This document shows, in pieces, positions 50,920 through 60,750 of a DNA stretch of 64,000 bases. The notes beneath the pieces are model-generated. The model searched no databases. It had not been told where the DNA came from and saw only the letters and a list, made by a program, of their open reading frames with translations. Each line of letters opens with the position of its first letter. Position 1 is the first letter of the stretch. The DNA comes from a bacterium (GTDB lineage Bacteria > UBP18 > UBA7526): NCBI GenBank assembly GCA_030615855.1, contig JAUWYL010000001.1, forward strand, positions 53,850 to 117,849. The letters run 5' to 3'. The translations under genes were made by a program, and so were the position numbers.

Positions 50920-51782
50920 TGTCCCGTTTTTCTGAAAGATTGAAATCCAAGAAGTTTATCATTACCTGTGAGATCTTTCCCCCCAAGGGAACAGATCTCA
51001 CCAATCTCCTAAAGAAAGCGAAAGCACTAAAAGGGATTGTGGATGGGGTGAATGTCACTGATAGCCAGAGGGCGATAATGCGTATCTCTCCCTTAGCTGT
51101 CTGCCACATATTAAAAGAAAAAGGCCTGGAACCCATCTTTCAACTCACCTGCCGGGACAGGAATAGGGTTGCCCTACAATCAGACTTATTGGGGGCAAGT
51201 GCCTTAGGGATTGAGAATATCCTCATTCTATCTGGTGACCATCCAACAATTGGGGATCACCCAGAAGCTAAACCGGTCTATGACTTAGACCCGGTTCAAC
51301 TCTTAAAAACCGCTCGCACCCTGGAGAAAGGCGAAGATCTGGCGGGGAGGAGATTAAAGGGAACCCCCAAGTTCTGTCTGGGAGCAGTGGCCAACCCCTC
51401 CTTTGAACCCCTGGAATTACAGGTATTAATGATGGAGAAGAAGGTTCGAGCAGGAGCAGAGTTCTTCCAGACTCAGCCTATATTCGATCTAAGAACCTTT
51501 AAAGATTTTCAAAAGAAAGTTTCAAAGTTGGAGGCAAAAGTTATTATCAGTATCTTTCTTCTCAAATCCTTGAAGATGGCCCAACTCATGGATGAGATTG
51601 GGTTGAAGATCCCCAAGGAATATCTTAAAAGGTTGGAGAAAGCAGAGGACCCTTTGAAGGAAGGAATGAATATCGCTGTAGATTTAATCAAAGAGATAAA
51701 GAATGAATGTGACGGGGTTCATCTCATGGCCCTGGGAAAGGAGGAGTATATACCAGAGATTCTCAAGAGAGCAAATCTATAA
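50919..51782 (+). CDS. metF: Methylenetetrahydrofolate reductase
   Basis: PPKG, NVTD, TCRDRNR, LSGD, GAEFFQTQ, GVHLM. Confidence 0.92.
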   Translation: MSRFSERLKSKKFIITCEIFPPKGTDLTNLLKKAKALKGIVDGVNVTDSQRAIMRISPLAVCHILKEKGLEPIFQLTCRDRNRVALQSDLLGASALGIENILILSGDHPTIGDHPEAKPVYDLDPVQLLKTARTLEKGEDLAGRRLKGTPKFCLGAVANPSFEPLELQVLMMEKKVRAGAEFFQTQPIFDLRTFKDFQKKVSKLEAKVIISIFLLKSLKMAQLMDEIGLKIPKEYLKRLEKAEDPLKEGMNIAVDLIKEIKNECDGVHLMALGKEEYIPEILKRANL

Positions 51783-51794
51783 TGGGGGTGGTAT

Positions 51795-52124
51795 TTGGTA
51801 TCTATCGCTTATAAGTTAGAAAAACTTTTAGAAGGAAAAGGGAATAGATATCGTTTAGCAGTCATTGCTTCCAGAAGGGCAAGGAAGCTCAACGCTGGGG
51901 CTCCGGCACTAATAGAGAGCGAGGCACGAAAGATAACTTCTCGCGCTTTAGAGGAGGTACTCCAGGGAAAGATAAAGTATGAAAGGAGAGTCAAACCACC
52001 ACCTGAGAAGGAAGGAGAGAAACCCCTTCCCCCTATAGAAAAGAAGGAGGTACCGCCAAAAGCAACCAAGGAGAAGAAAGGTGAGAAGAAATCTATCCCG
52101 AAGGGATCACTTCGGGAGAAATAG
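51795..52124 (+). CDS. rpoZ: RNA polymerase omega subunit with Lys/Pro/Glu tail
   Basis: NRYRLAVIASRRARKL, ALEEV..GKI. Confidence 0.85.
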   Translation: MVSIAYKLEKLLEGKGNRYRLAVIASRRARKLNAGAPALIESEARKITSRALEEVLQGKIKYERRVKPPPEKEGEKPLPPIEKKEVPPKATKEKKGEKKSIPKGSLREK

Positions 52125-52675
52125 CCTGGCAGTAATCATCCTTTCAGTTCTCATTCTTTCTCTCAGTTGTGGAAAGAGAGAGAGGGTCCTTTCCGCTAGA
52201 GAATACTTTGATCAGGGTGCAAGCTACTTCAAGGAGAAGAGCTTTGCTTTAGGCGCATTAGAGTTTCAGAAGGTCTTAGAGAAATATCCGGAGAGTAAAT
52301 GGGCAGATAATGCCCAGTTTGGCTTGGGGCTCATCTATGAGGAACTGGGCGATTATCAGAAGGCAGTAGAGGAACTCAGGAAGGTGGTTACTAACTATCC
52401 TAAAGGAGATAAAGCACCCAATGCTCTCTTTGGTATGGGAGAGATCTATGAGAGGAGATTAAAAAATAAGAACCTGCTTCGCAGAACCTTGTTTTTTCAC
52501 TGACGCTCAAAAATAAGAACCTGCTTCGCAGAGCCTTGTTTTTTCGCTGACGCTCAAAAATAACTCGCAGGCCATAGATGCCTACCAGAAATTAGTAGAC
52601 GATTATCCAGGAGATAGATGGGCCCCTATGGCGCGAGAGAGAATAGAGAGATTAAGAAAGGAGGGAAAGAAATGA
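52081..52675 (+). pseudogene. TPR lipoprotein (YbgF/BamD-like) interrupted by a 2 x 47-bp insertion
   Basis: Lipobox SLSC, TPRs; deleting 94 bp restores LKNNSQAIDAYQKLVDDYPGDRWA... to a stop overlapping the next ATG. Confidence 0.8.
52462..52563 (+). mobile_element. Tandem 47-bp hairpin element with AAAAATAA boundaries
   Basis: AAAAATAA at 52462, 52509 and 52556; relatives at 54090-54149 (-) and 62563-62619. Confidence 0.8.
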
Positions 52676-53925
52676 GAAAATTAGCAAGTTTGATTCTGGC
52701 AGTATTGATGCTGAATGGGGTTTTCCTGGTTCAGGCCCAAGAGGCTACGGAGGAGGAGAGACTCTTTGCCTACTGCGACCGGCTCTATCAGTTGAATGAT
52801 GCCAAGATCTATCTCCTGGTTCAGGAAGAGTTCCAGAAGTTTCTGGATAGGTGTCCAGATAGTTCCGCAGCACCAGAGGCCCAGTACAAGATTGGTAACC
52901 TCTACACTAAAAGGAAGGAGAAACTCTTTGCTGTGGCTAGCCACATGAAGGGCCTCTATCTTTACCCTGGAGACTCCTGGGCAGAGAAGTCAAGACAGGA
53001 GATGCTGAGCATCGTCCCGGAGAAGGGGGAGGATCGGGAACTTCGGGCAAAGATGGCCACGGATGTGATACTCAAGACAGAACCCGCCTCATCGAGACAC
53101 TTCAGATACCTTGAGCACCTCTACCGGTTCGAAGAATCCAAACTCTACCAATTCACCTATGACCAGTTCCAGGAGTTTCTGAAAAGATATCCCGACTACG
53201 AGCAGGCTGACCTCGCCCAATTGAAACTGGCCCATCTGGTCAATAGACAGAAACTCTTCCATCAGGCCATCGCTCAGTATCTCAAGGTAGTCTACCTCTA
53301 TCCGGCAAGTCCTCTCTTGGCCGATGCCCGATACAAGGTGGGAAATATCTATCATTTGGAACTCAAGGACTACAAGCATGCCGTAGAGGCCTATCAGAAT
53401 GTAGTGAGCGACCATCCGGAGAGTGAGTGGGCAGATAACTCCCTGTGGAATACGGCCGAGATCTATGCTAAAGAGCTAAAGGAATATGGCCAGGCAATTA
53501 GGAACTACGAACTCTTTGCCCAGAGATACCCGGAGACCAAGCGCGCCCAGGACTCCCTTTACTCCGCAGCAAAGCTCTATCGGGATGAGACGGGCGACTA
53601 TGCCAAGGCCATCCAGACCTTCTCCCGCCTGGCAGAAGAGTATCCTGCTTCTCGGTATGCGGATTATGCCCTAGTGGGTGTAGCCAAGATCTATGAGGAA
53701 AAACTCAAGGATTTCCAGAAAGCAATCGAGGCCTACCAGGTAGTCCCTGAGAAGTATCCGGAGAGCAAGTATGCTGACGGTTGTCTCTACCAGATAGGAC
53801 TGATCTACGAAAAGGAACTGAAGTCCAATGCTCAGGCCATCGAGGCCTATGAGAAGTTGATCAAAAAGTATCCCGAATCCCGCTACTGCAAGAAGGCTCA
53901 AAGGAAACTCAAAAAACTAAAGTAA
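52672..53925 (+). CDS. Secreted TPR repeat protein
   Basis: Signal peptide; repeated A...Y..V...YP.S..A TPR units. Confidence 0.85.
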   Translation: MRKLASLILAVLMLNGVFLVQAQEATEEERLFAYCDRLYQLNDAKIYLLVQEEFQKFLDRCPDSSAAPEAQYKIGNLYTKRKEKLFAVASHMKGLYLYPGDSWAEKSRQEMLSIVPEKGEDRELRAKMATDVILKTEPASSRHFRYLEHLYRFEESKLYQFTYDQFQEFLKRYPDYEQADLAQLKLAHLVNRQKLFHQAIAQYLKVVYLYPASPLLADARYKVGNIYHLELKDYKHAVEAYQNVVSDHPESEWADNSLWNTAEIYAKELKEYGQAIRNYELFAQRYPETKRAQDSLYSAAKLYRDETGDYAKAIQTFSRLAEEYPASRYADYALVGVAKIYEEKLKDFQKAIEAYQVVPEKYPESKYADGCLYQIGLIYEKELKSNAQAIEAYEKLIKKYPESRYCKKAQRKLKKLK

Positions 53926-53929
53926 TCGG

Positions 53930-54192
53930 CTTCAAGCCGCAGGTTACAAGCTACAGATTACGTCAAACGGTTGCCCTTCACTTCGTTCAGGATACCTCAC
54001 CAAAGTGAAATATCCCGAGCTAACGGCGAGGGACAGTTACGCAACTCGTTTCGGTTTTCGTTAAACGTTTATCGTCAGACACGCAACCGTATTTTCGAGC
54101 GTTAGCGAGAAAACAAGGTTCCTGAGCGTTAGCGAAGGGCGTCCTTATTACGTAAGACGAAACGAGTATCGCAACCGATAAACGAAAGACGA
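53930..54192. repeat. Stack of REP-like palindromes and heptamer arms
   Basis: CCCTTCACTTCGTTCAGG...CCCGAGCTAACGGCGAGGG; GAGCGTTAGCGA twice; ACGAGT..CGCAACCG. Confidence 0.7.
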
Positions 54193-54198
54193 TTAGTG

Positions 54199-55392
54199 AT
54201 GAAGGAGATATTTGTGTTCAAGAAGACCATCGTTTTTGGAGTTACTGGCTCTATTGCTGCTGTTAAGGCAGAAAATCTGGTGAAATGGCTCAAAGAAATT
54301 GGCCGAGTTATTGTTGTTATGACCGAGGCAGCAAAGGAGTTCGTCTTGCCTGAAAGATTGGCTAAGACCTCGGGCAATAGGGTAGTGACCGGCCTCTTCG
54401 AAAAGTACCGAAAAGAGAGGGAAACGGTGGAGCATATCTCATTGGCAGAAGAGACAGACCTCCTTCTCATCGCTCCAGCAACGGCCAATACCATCTCTAA
54501 GTTAGCAAATGGAATCGCAGATGACATGCTTTCTACTTTAGTTCTAGCCACTAAGGCACCCATTCTCATCGCTCCAGCCATGAATACCAATATGTGGGAG
54601 ACCCCCATAATTCAAGAGAATGTAGCAAAATTAAAAGCAAGAGGCTATAGATTTATTGGCCCAGCATTTGGCAGGCTTGCCTCGGGCAGAATGGGCAAGG
54701 GAAGACTGGCTCCTTTAGGAAGGATTGTGAAGGAATCGGAAAGGATCCTAAAAGAGAAGAAGGAGTTAATAAAAAAGAGAATCTTGATCACCGCCGGACC
54801 GACTCAGGAGCCTCTGGACCCGGTAAGGTTCATCTCCAATCGCTCAAGCGGTAGAATGGGATATGCCTTAGCCCGAGCAGCCTTAAGTAGAGGAGGGGGG
54901 GTTACTTTGATCAGTGGCCCCACTCAGCTACTTCCTCCTTCCGGGGCAGAGGTCATCAATGTCCAGACTGCGAAAGAAATGCGAAGGGAAGTCTTAAGAA
55001 ATTTCAAGAAAGCGGATGTCTTCATATCCTGTGCCGCAGTAGCAGACTATAGGCCGAAAAAAAGGGAGAAGAAGAAGATCAAGGAAAGGGAAAGTTTTAC
55101 TTTAGAATTGGAGAGGAATCCAGACATCCTGAAAGAGGTTTCTAGGAAGAAGGGAAAGAGAATTTTGGTGGGATTTGCCCTTGAGACAGAAAATTTAGTG
55201 AAGAATGCCAAGGCCAAGTTAAGAGAGAAGAACCTGGATTTAATCATTGCTAACCCTTACTCTCAGGCAGGAAGAGAGACAAATATCATCAAGATAATTG
55301 ATAAAAAGGGAGGAGTCCAGAACCTACCCAGACTACTCAAGGAAGAAGTAGCAAGAAGAATTTTAGATAGGATAGCGAGAATGCTTAAATGA
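54199..55392 (+). CDS. coaBC: Bifunctional PPC decarboxylase/PPC synthetase
   Basis: GVTGSIAA, APATAN, APAMN, TAGPTQE.LDPVR.ISN.SSG.MG, VGFALET. Confidence 0.95.
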   Translation: MKEIFVFKKTIVFGVTGSIAAVKAENLVKWLKEIGRVIVVMTEAAKEFVLPERLAKTSGNRVVTGLFEKYRKERETVEHISLAEETDLLLIAPATANTISKLANGIADDMLSTLVLATKAPILIAPAMNTNMWETPIIQENVAKLKARGYRFIGPAFGRLASGRMGKGRLAPLGRIVKESERILKEKKELIKKRILITAGPTQEPLDPVRFISNRSSGRMGYALARAALSRGGGVTLISGPTQLLPPSGAEVINVQTAKEMRREVLRNFKKADVFISCAAVADYRPKKREKKKIKERESFTLELERNPDILKEVSRKKGKRILVGFALETENLVKNAKAKLREKNLDLIIANPYSQAGRETNIIKIIDKKGGVQNLPRLLKEEVARRILDRIARMLK

Positions 55393-55479
55393 AAGAAGTT
55401 TACAGTTGACAGTTTACAGTGACCAGTTTTTTTAACTGTTCGCTAGTTACTGGTTACTCCGAATGGAGTGAGGGATAGA

Positions 55480-56064
55480 ATGATCGTTGGAATAGATATC
55501 GATGGAGTAATAGCCGATTCTGAACCTGCTTACCGAAGAATGATAAATAGGTTATTCAATCTCCGTCTTAAACAAAAGGACATCACTTCCTATAAGTATG
55601 AGGAGTGTGCCGGGCTAACAGATGACCAGATGCGCCTCTTCTGGAAGACCTTCTACCACGAAGGAGGCTGGCTAAAGATTAAGCCCATTAAAGGAGTAAA
55701 AAAGTTCTTAGATAAGTTAAAAAGAGAGAAGCACAGAATAGTCATCGTTACCTCCCGACCGAGGAAACATATTAAGAAGGAGACCTTACAGTGGTTAAAG
55801 GAACATAAGATGCCCTATTCCGAACTCATCTTCTTAGAGAATCACAAAAGCAAGCACCAGGCAGCCCTATTACGTGGCCACAGATTCGATTATTTCATTG
55901 AAGATTACTATAAGTATGCCTTGGACCTTGCTAAAAGAAAGGTAAAGGTCTTACTTATGGATTATCCCTGGAATAGATGGGGAAAGCCCCATCCCAATAT
56001 CAAGAGAATCAAGAGTCTAAAAGAAGCAGAAGCAATTATTTCAAAAGAAAGGACTATCAAGTGA
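55480..56064 (+). CDS. HAD-superfamily 5'(3')-nucleotidase (NT5C-like)
   Basis: DIDGVIAD, VTSR, FIED, PWN. Confidence 0.8.
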   Translation: MIVGIDIDGVIADSEPAYRRMINRLFNLRLKQKDITSYKYEECAGLTDDQMRLFWKTFYHEGGWLKIKPIKGVKKFLDKLKREKHRIVIVTSRPRKHIKKETLQWLKEHKMPYSELIFLENHKSKHQAALLRGHRFDYFIEDYYKYALDLAKRKVKVLLMDYPWNRWGKPHPNIKRIKSLKEAEAIISKERTIK

Positions 56065-57095
56065 AGAATAGAAAGGGATGGAGAATATCACTTCTCTTCC
56101 TTCTGATTCTACTTTTTGGATTTGCTCCTGCAGAAATAGAGAAGCCCACTATTGCCCCCGTTCTGAATCAGAGCTATCTTCCTCAGGCCCGGGAGCTGAT
56201 CCAAGGAACTAAGGAGTATATCCATATCCTTCTTCTGGAGATCCATAAGGATGGTACTACTATAAGCTTAATGGAAGACCTTATCTCTGCCCAGAAAAGA
56301 GGAGTAGAGATAAAGGTCTTGTTAGAGAATAATCTTTTCTGTAATCAGGAGAGCTTTTCCTATTTCAGGGGAAAGGGGATCGAGGCCCGACTTGATTCAC
56401 CGAAGAAGTTCCTCCACCATAAGCTCATGATTATTGATGGAAAGGAAGTCCTTCTTGGTTCCACCAACTGGAGTTATATGTCTCTGGATTACAATAATGA
56501 GACTAATGTTCTCATTAAAGATGCAGATGTTGCCCGTTATTATGAAGAGTACTTTCAACTCCTCTGGAAGGATCCTACCCAAGAACCTGAGGTGCCTTTA
56601 TTGAAAACAAAAAAAGTTATTCCCTTAGCAGTAAAAAGGGACTATTTTAGCGAGCTCCATAATTTGCTTAGTAAAGCCCAGAAGCGAATCCATATTATAA
56701 TGTATGGCATGAGATACTATCCCCAGTATCAGGATAGCATAGTAAATACCATACTCAATGATTTAATATGGGCTAAAAAAAGAGGGGTGGAGGTCAAGGT
56801 TCTCTTAGAAAAGAGCGATTATAATCAGAAACTGAATAGATACAATGAAGAGGCTGCCCAGTATTTAGAAGAGAATGGGGTAGAGGTAAGGTTTGATTCT
56901 CCGGAGGTTCACACTCATGCTAAACTGATCATTGTTGATGGAGCCACCTTCTTAGGCTCCAGCAATTGGGGATATGGAGGCCTGGAACTCTACTTAGGTT
57001 CTAATGTTCTACTGCTTGCTCCCCAGATAACAGATTCTTACGAAAAGTATTTTCAAAGACTCTGGGCCCAGAGTGGAGAAGAGGGAAAAAGGTGA
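56061..57095 (+). CDS. Secreted phospholipase D-like protein with two HKD motifs
   Basis: HHKLMIID...GSTNWS and HAKLIIVD...GSSNW. Confidence 0.88.
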   Translation: MKNRKGWRISLLFLLILLFGFAPAEIEKPTIAPVLNQSYLPQARELIQGTKEYIHILLLEIHKDGTTISLMEDLISAQKRGVEIKVLLENNLFCNQESFSYFRGKGIEARLDSPKKFLHHKLMIIDGKEVLLGSTNWSYMSLDYNNETNVLIKDADVARYYEEYFQLLWKDPTQEPEVPLLKTKKVIPLAVKRDYFSELHNLLSKAQKRIHIIMYGMRYYPQYQDSIVNTILNDLIWAKKRGVEVKVLLEKSDYNQKLNRYNEEAAQYLEENGVEVRFDSPEVHTHAKLIIVDGATFLGSSNWGYGGLELYLGSNVLLLAPQITDSYEKYFQRLWAQSGEEGKR

Positions 57096-57098
57096 AGA

Positions 57099-57263
57099 AT
57101 GAAAAGAAAACCGCATCTTCATGAAATTGAGGAGAGGGAGAGGAAAAAGAAGGGGATTATCAGGTTCAGATGCGAGCATTGCCGGGAGATGGTGAAGATA
57201 GCAAGTGAGCCTCCCCTCCCCGTTTACTGTCCAAACTGTGGGAGATTGATGAAGAAACTATAG
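57099..57263 (+). CDS. Small zinc-ribbon protein (54 aa)
   Basis: Hand-translated ...FRCEHC...YCPNCG...; fills the gap between PLD and radC. Confidence 0.65.
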   Translation: MKRKPHLHEIEERERKKKGIIRFRCEHCREMVKIASEPPLPVYCPNCGRLMKKL

Positions 57264-57275
57264 GGAGGAGCGGAA

Positions 57276-57962
57276 ATGATGGAGAGGATGACCTTAAAGG
57301 ATCTCCCCCAGGCAGAAAGGCCCAGGGAGAGGCTCATAAGATATGGCCCAGATAAGCTATCCCTTACTGAGCTCTTAGCCATTGTTATTGGTAAGGGAAC
57401 CCCGGGAGAGCCGGTCTCTGTTCTTTCCTCTCGCCTGTTGAGCAAGTTCGGTGACCTCAATAGGTTAGAAGAAGCCTCTATAGAAGAATTGACTAAAATC
57501 AAGGGGATTGGTCAGGCAAAGGCCACCCAGATAAAAGCGGCCTTAGAACTGGGAAAAAGATTATTCTCTCAAGAAGAGATCAAAGGAAAGACGATTCAGA
57601 CCGCCGAAGATGTCTATAAATTAATGAGAGCGGAGTTTAAGAATAAGAAGAAGGAACACTTCAACCTCGTTCTATTGAATACCAGGAATCAGTTGATCAG
57701 GAAGGTATCGGTATCCAAGGGGACCTTGAACGCCAGTCTCATCCATCCTCGGGAGGTCTTCAAGTCCGCCCTTTCTCACTCTGCAGCCTCGGTTATTTTA
57801 GTCCACAATCATCCTTCTGGAGATCCCAAACCGAGTGATGATGATATAAAGATTACCAAGAGGCTCATTGAAGCCGGGAAGATAATGGGCATCGAAGTCC
57901 ATGACCATGTGATTATGGCTGGTGATAGATACACCAGCCTCAAGGCCCAAAAACTCATTTAG
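57276..57962 (+). CDS. radC: RadC/JAB domain protein
   Basis: RPRERL, KGIG.AKA, HPREVF, HNHPSGD, HDHVI. Confidence 0.95.
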   Translation: MMERMTLKDLPQAERPRERLIRYGPDKLSLTELLAIVIGKGTPGEPVSVLSSRLLSKFGDLNRLEEASIEELTKIKGIGQAKATQIKAALELGKRLFSQEEIKGKTIQTAEDVYKLMRAEFKNKKKEHFNLVLLNTRNQLIRKVSVSKGTLNASLIHPREVFKSALSHSAASVILVHNHPSGDPKPSDDDIKITKRLIEAGKIMGIEVHDHVIMAGDRYTSLKAQKLI

Positions 57963-57974
57963 GAGGAATCAAAG

Positions 57975-58601
57975 ATGGTTGAAGAAAAGAAACCCGAAGA
58001 AGAGCTAAAGCCAGAAGAAAAGGAGAAGGAAGAACCTGCGCCAGAGGAAAAACCTGCAACTCTGTCTGTCGACGAGGCAGGCGCAGAGGCCGCAGAGAAA
58101 CCCGCAAAGCCCGCAGAGGAAAAGAAGCCAAAGGAGGAGATTGAAAAAATTCTAAAAGAAGAAAAACCAGTAGATGCCCCAGAAGAGATACCAAAGCCTC
58201 CTGAGAAACCAGAGGAGGAAGTGCCGAAGCCTGAGGAAAAGATAGAAGAGAAGCCTCCCGAAGCTCCTAAGCCAGAGCCTGAAGTAAAGCCAGAAGAAAA
58301 ACCTAAAGAAGAAAAACCTGTTGAGGCACCAAAAGAAGCACCATCCGTTGAGGAAAAGAAACTACCGGAAGAAAAAGCAAAACCAGAAGAAATTAAAGCA
58401 CCGGAAGCCAAAGCACCACCAAAGCCCAAAGAGGAAAAGAAGAGAAAGAAAATAAGGAATATGAATCTGGAAGAGATAGAGAAGAAATTAAAAGAGACAA
58501 AGGAGAGGATGGGGGGATTACAATCAAAGTATGCCCAGCATCTCCTTCAGAGAAAGGAAGAACTCTTGAAGAAACAGGAAGGCCAACCTAAGAAAGAATA
58601 A
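57975..58601 (+). CDS. Glu/Lys/Pro-rich low-complexity protein with a conserved-looking C-terminal helical domain
   Basis: Strong SD, long EEKP repeats, C-terminal KKIRNMNLEEIEKKL...MGG..SKYAQHL. Confidence 0.7.
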   Translation: MVEEKKPEEELKPEEKEKEEPAPEEKPATLSVDEAGAEAAEKPAKPAEEKKPKEEIEKILKEEKPVDAPEEIPKPPEKPEEEVPKPEEKIEEKPPEAPKPEPEVKPEEKPKEEKPVEAPKEAPSVEEKKLPEEKAKPEEIKAPEAKAPPKPKEEKKRKKIRNMNLEEIEKKLKETKERMGGLQSKYAQHLLQRKEELLKKQEGQPKKE

Positions 58602-58631
58602 AGATCAAAACATTAGCCATCTAATACAAAA

Positions 58632-58752
58632 GGTTACTATCAGTTACTAGTGGTTACTATCGGTTACTAAGCGTTACTGCAACTGTTAGTAACAGCGAAG
58701 CGTAGTAACTATTAGTAACAGTCCCGCATTTACGGGATGTAGTAACCGTTTA
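58632..58752. repeat. GTTACTA-based element (reverse copy of 7577-7684)
   Basis: 10-nt GGTTACTA arms with CCCG...CGGG and GCGAAGC hairpins. Confidence 0.7.
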
Positions 58753-58772
58753 GAGAGAGGAGGTGATAGAAA

Positions 58773-59033
58773 ATGGCAGAGGAGAAAAAGATTGGCGTGG
58801 TGACCCACTACTTTGGCAAGATCACTGTGGCCATCATCAAGATCGAGGAAGAGGGCCTCAAGATAGGGGATACCATCCACTTCAAGGGCCACACCTCAGA
58901 CTTCACCCAAAAGGTGGAGTCCATGGAACTGGAGCATAAGACCATTCAGGAGGCCAAGGTGGGAGAGTCTATCGGCATCAAGGTTTCTGAGCATGCCCGA
59001 GAAGGGGATGTAGTCTACAAAGTGATAGAATAG
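58773..59033 (+). CDS. Small beta-barrel protein (translation elongation factor-like / U32 C-terminal-like)
   Basis: IGVVTHYF.KI.VA, GHTSDF.Q.V.SM, REGD.VY. Confidence 0.75.
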   Translation: MAEEKKIGVVTHYFGKITVAIIKIEEEGLKIGDTIHFKGHTSDFTQKVESMELEHKTIQEAKVGESIGIKVSEHAREGDVVYKVIE

Positions 59034-59158
59034 TTGACAAGTATATAAGGAAAATAGTTGGATTAGTATATTGGGTGGATTTTTAATTCAACCAGTCCAA
59101 CCAATCCACCTATTTCACTACCCTATACCTTGTCAGCTAACTGGATTCTGTGGTATCT

Positions 59159-59512
59159 ATGGAGAGAAAAGAGTTTGAGAGATTGGTTCTCAGAGCGCTC
59201 GAGGAACTGCCGGAGAGGTTTCGCAAAAAATTGGAGAACATCGAAATCGTGGTTGAAGACAAGCCTCGGACCACTACTCTGTCAGAATGTGAAATATCTC
59301 CTTCGACTACACTTCTTGGCCTATATCAGGGAGTGCCTCTGAAGAAGAGGGGCCCTTGGTATGGAAACATATTGCCGGATAAGATAACCATCTATCAAAA
59401 ACCAATTGAGTTGCTCTGTCGTAGTCGGAGAAAGATAGAAGAACGAGTGCGTGAGGTAGTGAGGCATGAAATCGGCCACTACTTTGGACTCAAGGAAAAG
59501 GATTTAAGATGA
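59159..59512 (+). CDS. Zincin-like metallopeptidase family protein
   Basis: LLGLYQGVP, PDKITIY, HEIGHYFG. Confidence 0.88.
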   Translation: MERKEFERLVLRALEELPERFRKKLENIEIVVEDKPRTTTLSECEISPSTTLLGLYQGVPLKKRGPWYGNILPDKITIYQKPIELLCRSRRKIEERVREVVRHEIGHYFGLKEKDLR

Positions 59513-59712
59513 AGAGGATAAGGGCTATTCCGGGAGTGGCAACCACAGATACCCTGATTACTGCTGAGCTGTGAGAAGAGGAAGCGGAAGGTCGGGAAGG
59601 AAGATAGACTATAGAAAGAATAAGAAGGGCCACAAGCTCCTCAAGAGACTGGCCTACAAGTATGAAATAACTCGGAAATCGAGGGTCGAGGATCGAGGGT
59701 CGAAAATTTAGA

Positions 59713-60138
59713 ATGGCCAAAAGAGAATTCTCTGCGGGTGGCATCGTAATCAAGAAAGAAAAAGGAAGACTCAAGATTCTCCTGATCAAGGATGGCTATG
59801 GAAGGTGGACTTGGCCGAAGGGGAATATCAGAAAGGATGAGTCCAGCGAAGATGCTGCCCTGCGGGAAACACAAGAAGAGACTGGCCTCAAGAAACTCCA
59901 GACAATAGAAAAATTCGACAGGATAAACTACTTCTACCGCTTACGTGGAGATCTAATCTTCAAGACCGTCTATCTCTTCCTGATGGAAGCAAGAGGGAGA
60001 GAAAAATTTGAGATCCAGACCTCAGAGATCCGGGATGCTAAATGGTTCACTCCTGAAGAAGCACTTAAGGCTGTGGCCTATAAAGGCTCAAAAGAGATTC
60101 TAAAAAAAGCCATCGAAAAAGCAAAAGAGCGCCTATAA
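59713..60138 (+). CDS. NUDIX hydrolase
   Basis: SAGG, PKG....E....AALRE..EETG. Confidence 0.9.
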   Translation: MAKREFSAGGIVIKKEKGRLKILLIKDGYGRWTWPKGNIRKDESSEDAALRETQEETGLKKLQTIEKFDRINYFYRLRGDLIFKTVYLFLMEARGREKFEIQTSEIRDAKWFTPEEALKAVAYKGSKEILKKAIEKAKERL

Positions 60139-60147
60139 CCCCCGCAA

Positions 60148-60222
60148 GCCCCTGTAGTTCAAAGGATAGAGCACCAGCCTCCGGAGCTGGGTGTGCAGGT
60201 TCGATTCCTGCCAGGGGCGCCA
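60148..60222 (+). tRNA. tRNA-Arg(CCG)
   Basis: Acceptor GCCCCTG/CAGGGGC, anticodon arm CCAGC-CTCCGGA-GCTGG, T-loop GGTTCGATTCC, encoded CCA. Confidence 0.95.
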
Positions 60223-60289
60223 TCACTTTTCTTTTTAACTGTTCACTGTAAACTGGTTACTGTTAACTCCCAAGCGAAGCGAGGGTAAG

Positions 60290-60685
60290 ATGAAATATAA
60301 AGATACTGGAGTCTGTTTCGTCTGTGGCGAGAAGAATGAGAGGGGTTTGAAACTCTCCTTTGAATTCGATAAGGAAAAGAAGAAAATCAAGACCCTCCTT
60401 AGGCCTCAGGAATGGCAGCAGGGCTTTGGGGGAATTGTCCATGGAGGATTCCTGGCTACCTTATTGGATGAGGTCATGGTGAAATTAGCATACGAAATTG
60501 GGACTCCGGCCGTGACTGCAGAGATGAACCTCCGCTTCAAAGAACCAGCAAGAATAGATAAAGATATTATTGTGACTGGTGAAATAATAAAAGAGACCAA
60601 GAGAATAATCTATACTAAGGCAAATGCTAAATATCGAGAAGGAAATATCGTTGCCGAGGCAGAAGGAAAGTTAGTAAGAATATAG
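60290..60685 (+). CDS. PaaI family thioesterase
   Basis: CFVCG..N..GL, QG..G.VHGG..ATLLDE. Confidence 0.9.
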   Translation: MKYKDTGVCFVCGEKNERGLKLSFEFDKEKKKIKTLLRPQEWQQGFGGIVHGGFLATLLDEVMVKLAYEIGTPAVTAEMNLRFKEPARIDKDIIVTGEIIKETKRIIYTKANAKYREGNIVAEAEGKLVRI

Positions 60686-60750
60686 ATTAATGAGACATCT
60701 CACTCTTAGTATGTTGGAATCATTCGCACGAATGAGCGAATGATAAATTA

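Noticed and set aside
47102-51782. Split MetH plus MetV-MetF as a novel system
   Set aside because: Known architecture in anaerobes such as Thermotoga (split MetH) and acetogens (MetVF).
52462-52563. CRISPR array
   Set aside because: Units are head-to-tail with no unique spacers, and there are no cas genes in the window.
59509-59573. Lrp/AsnC-like C-terminal fragment (MKRIRAIPGVATTDTLITAEL)
   Set aside because: Only 21 codons; too short to support as a gene or pseudogene without a search.
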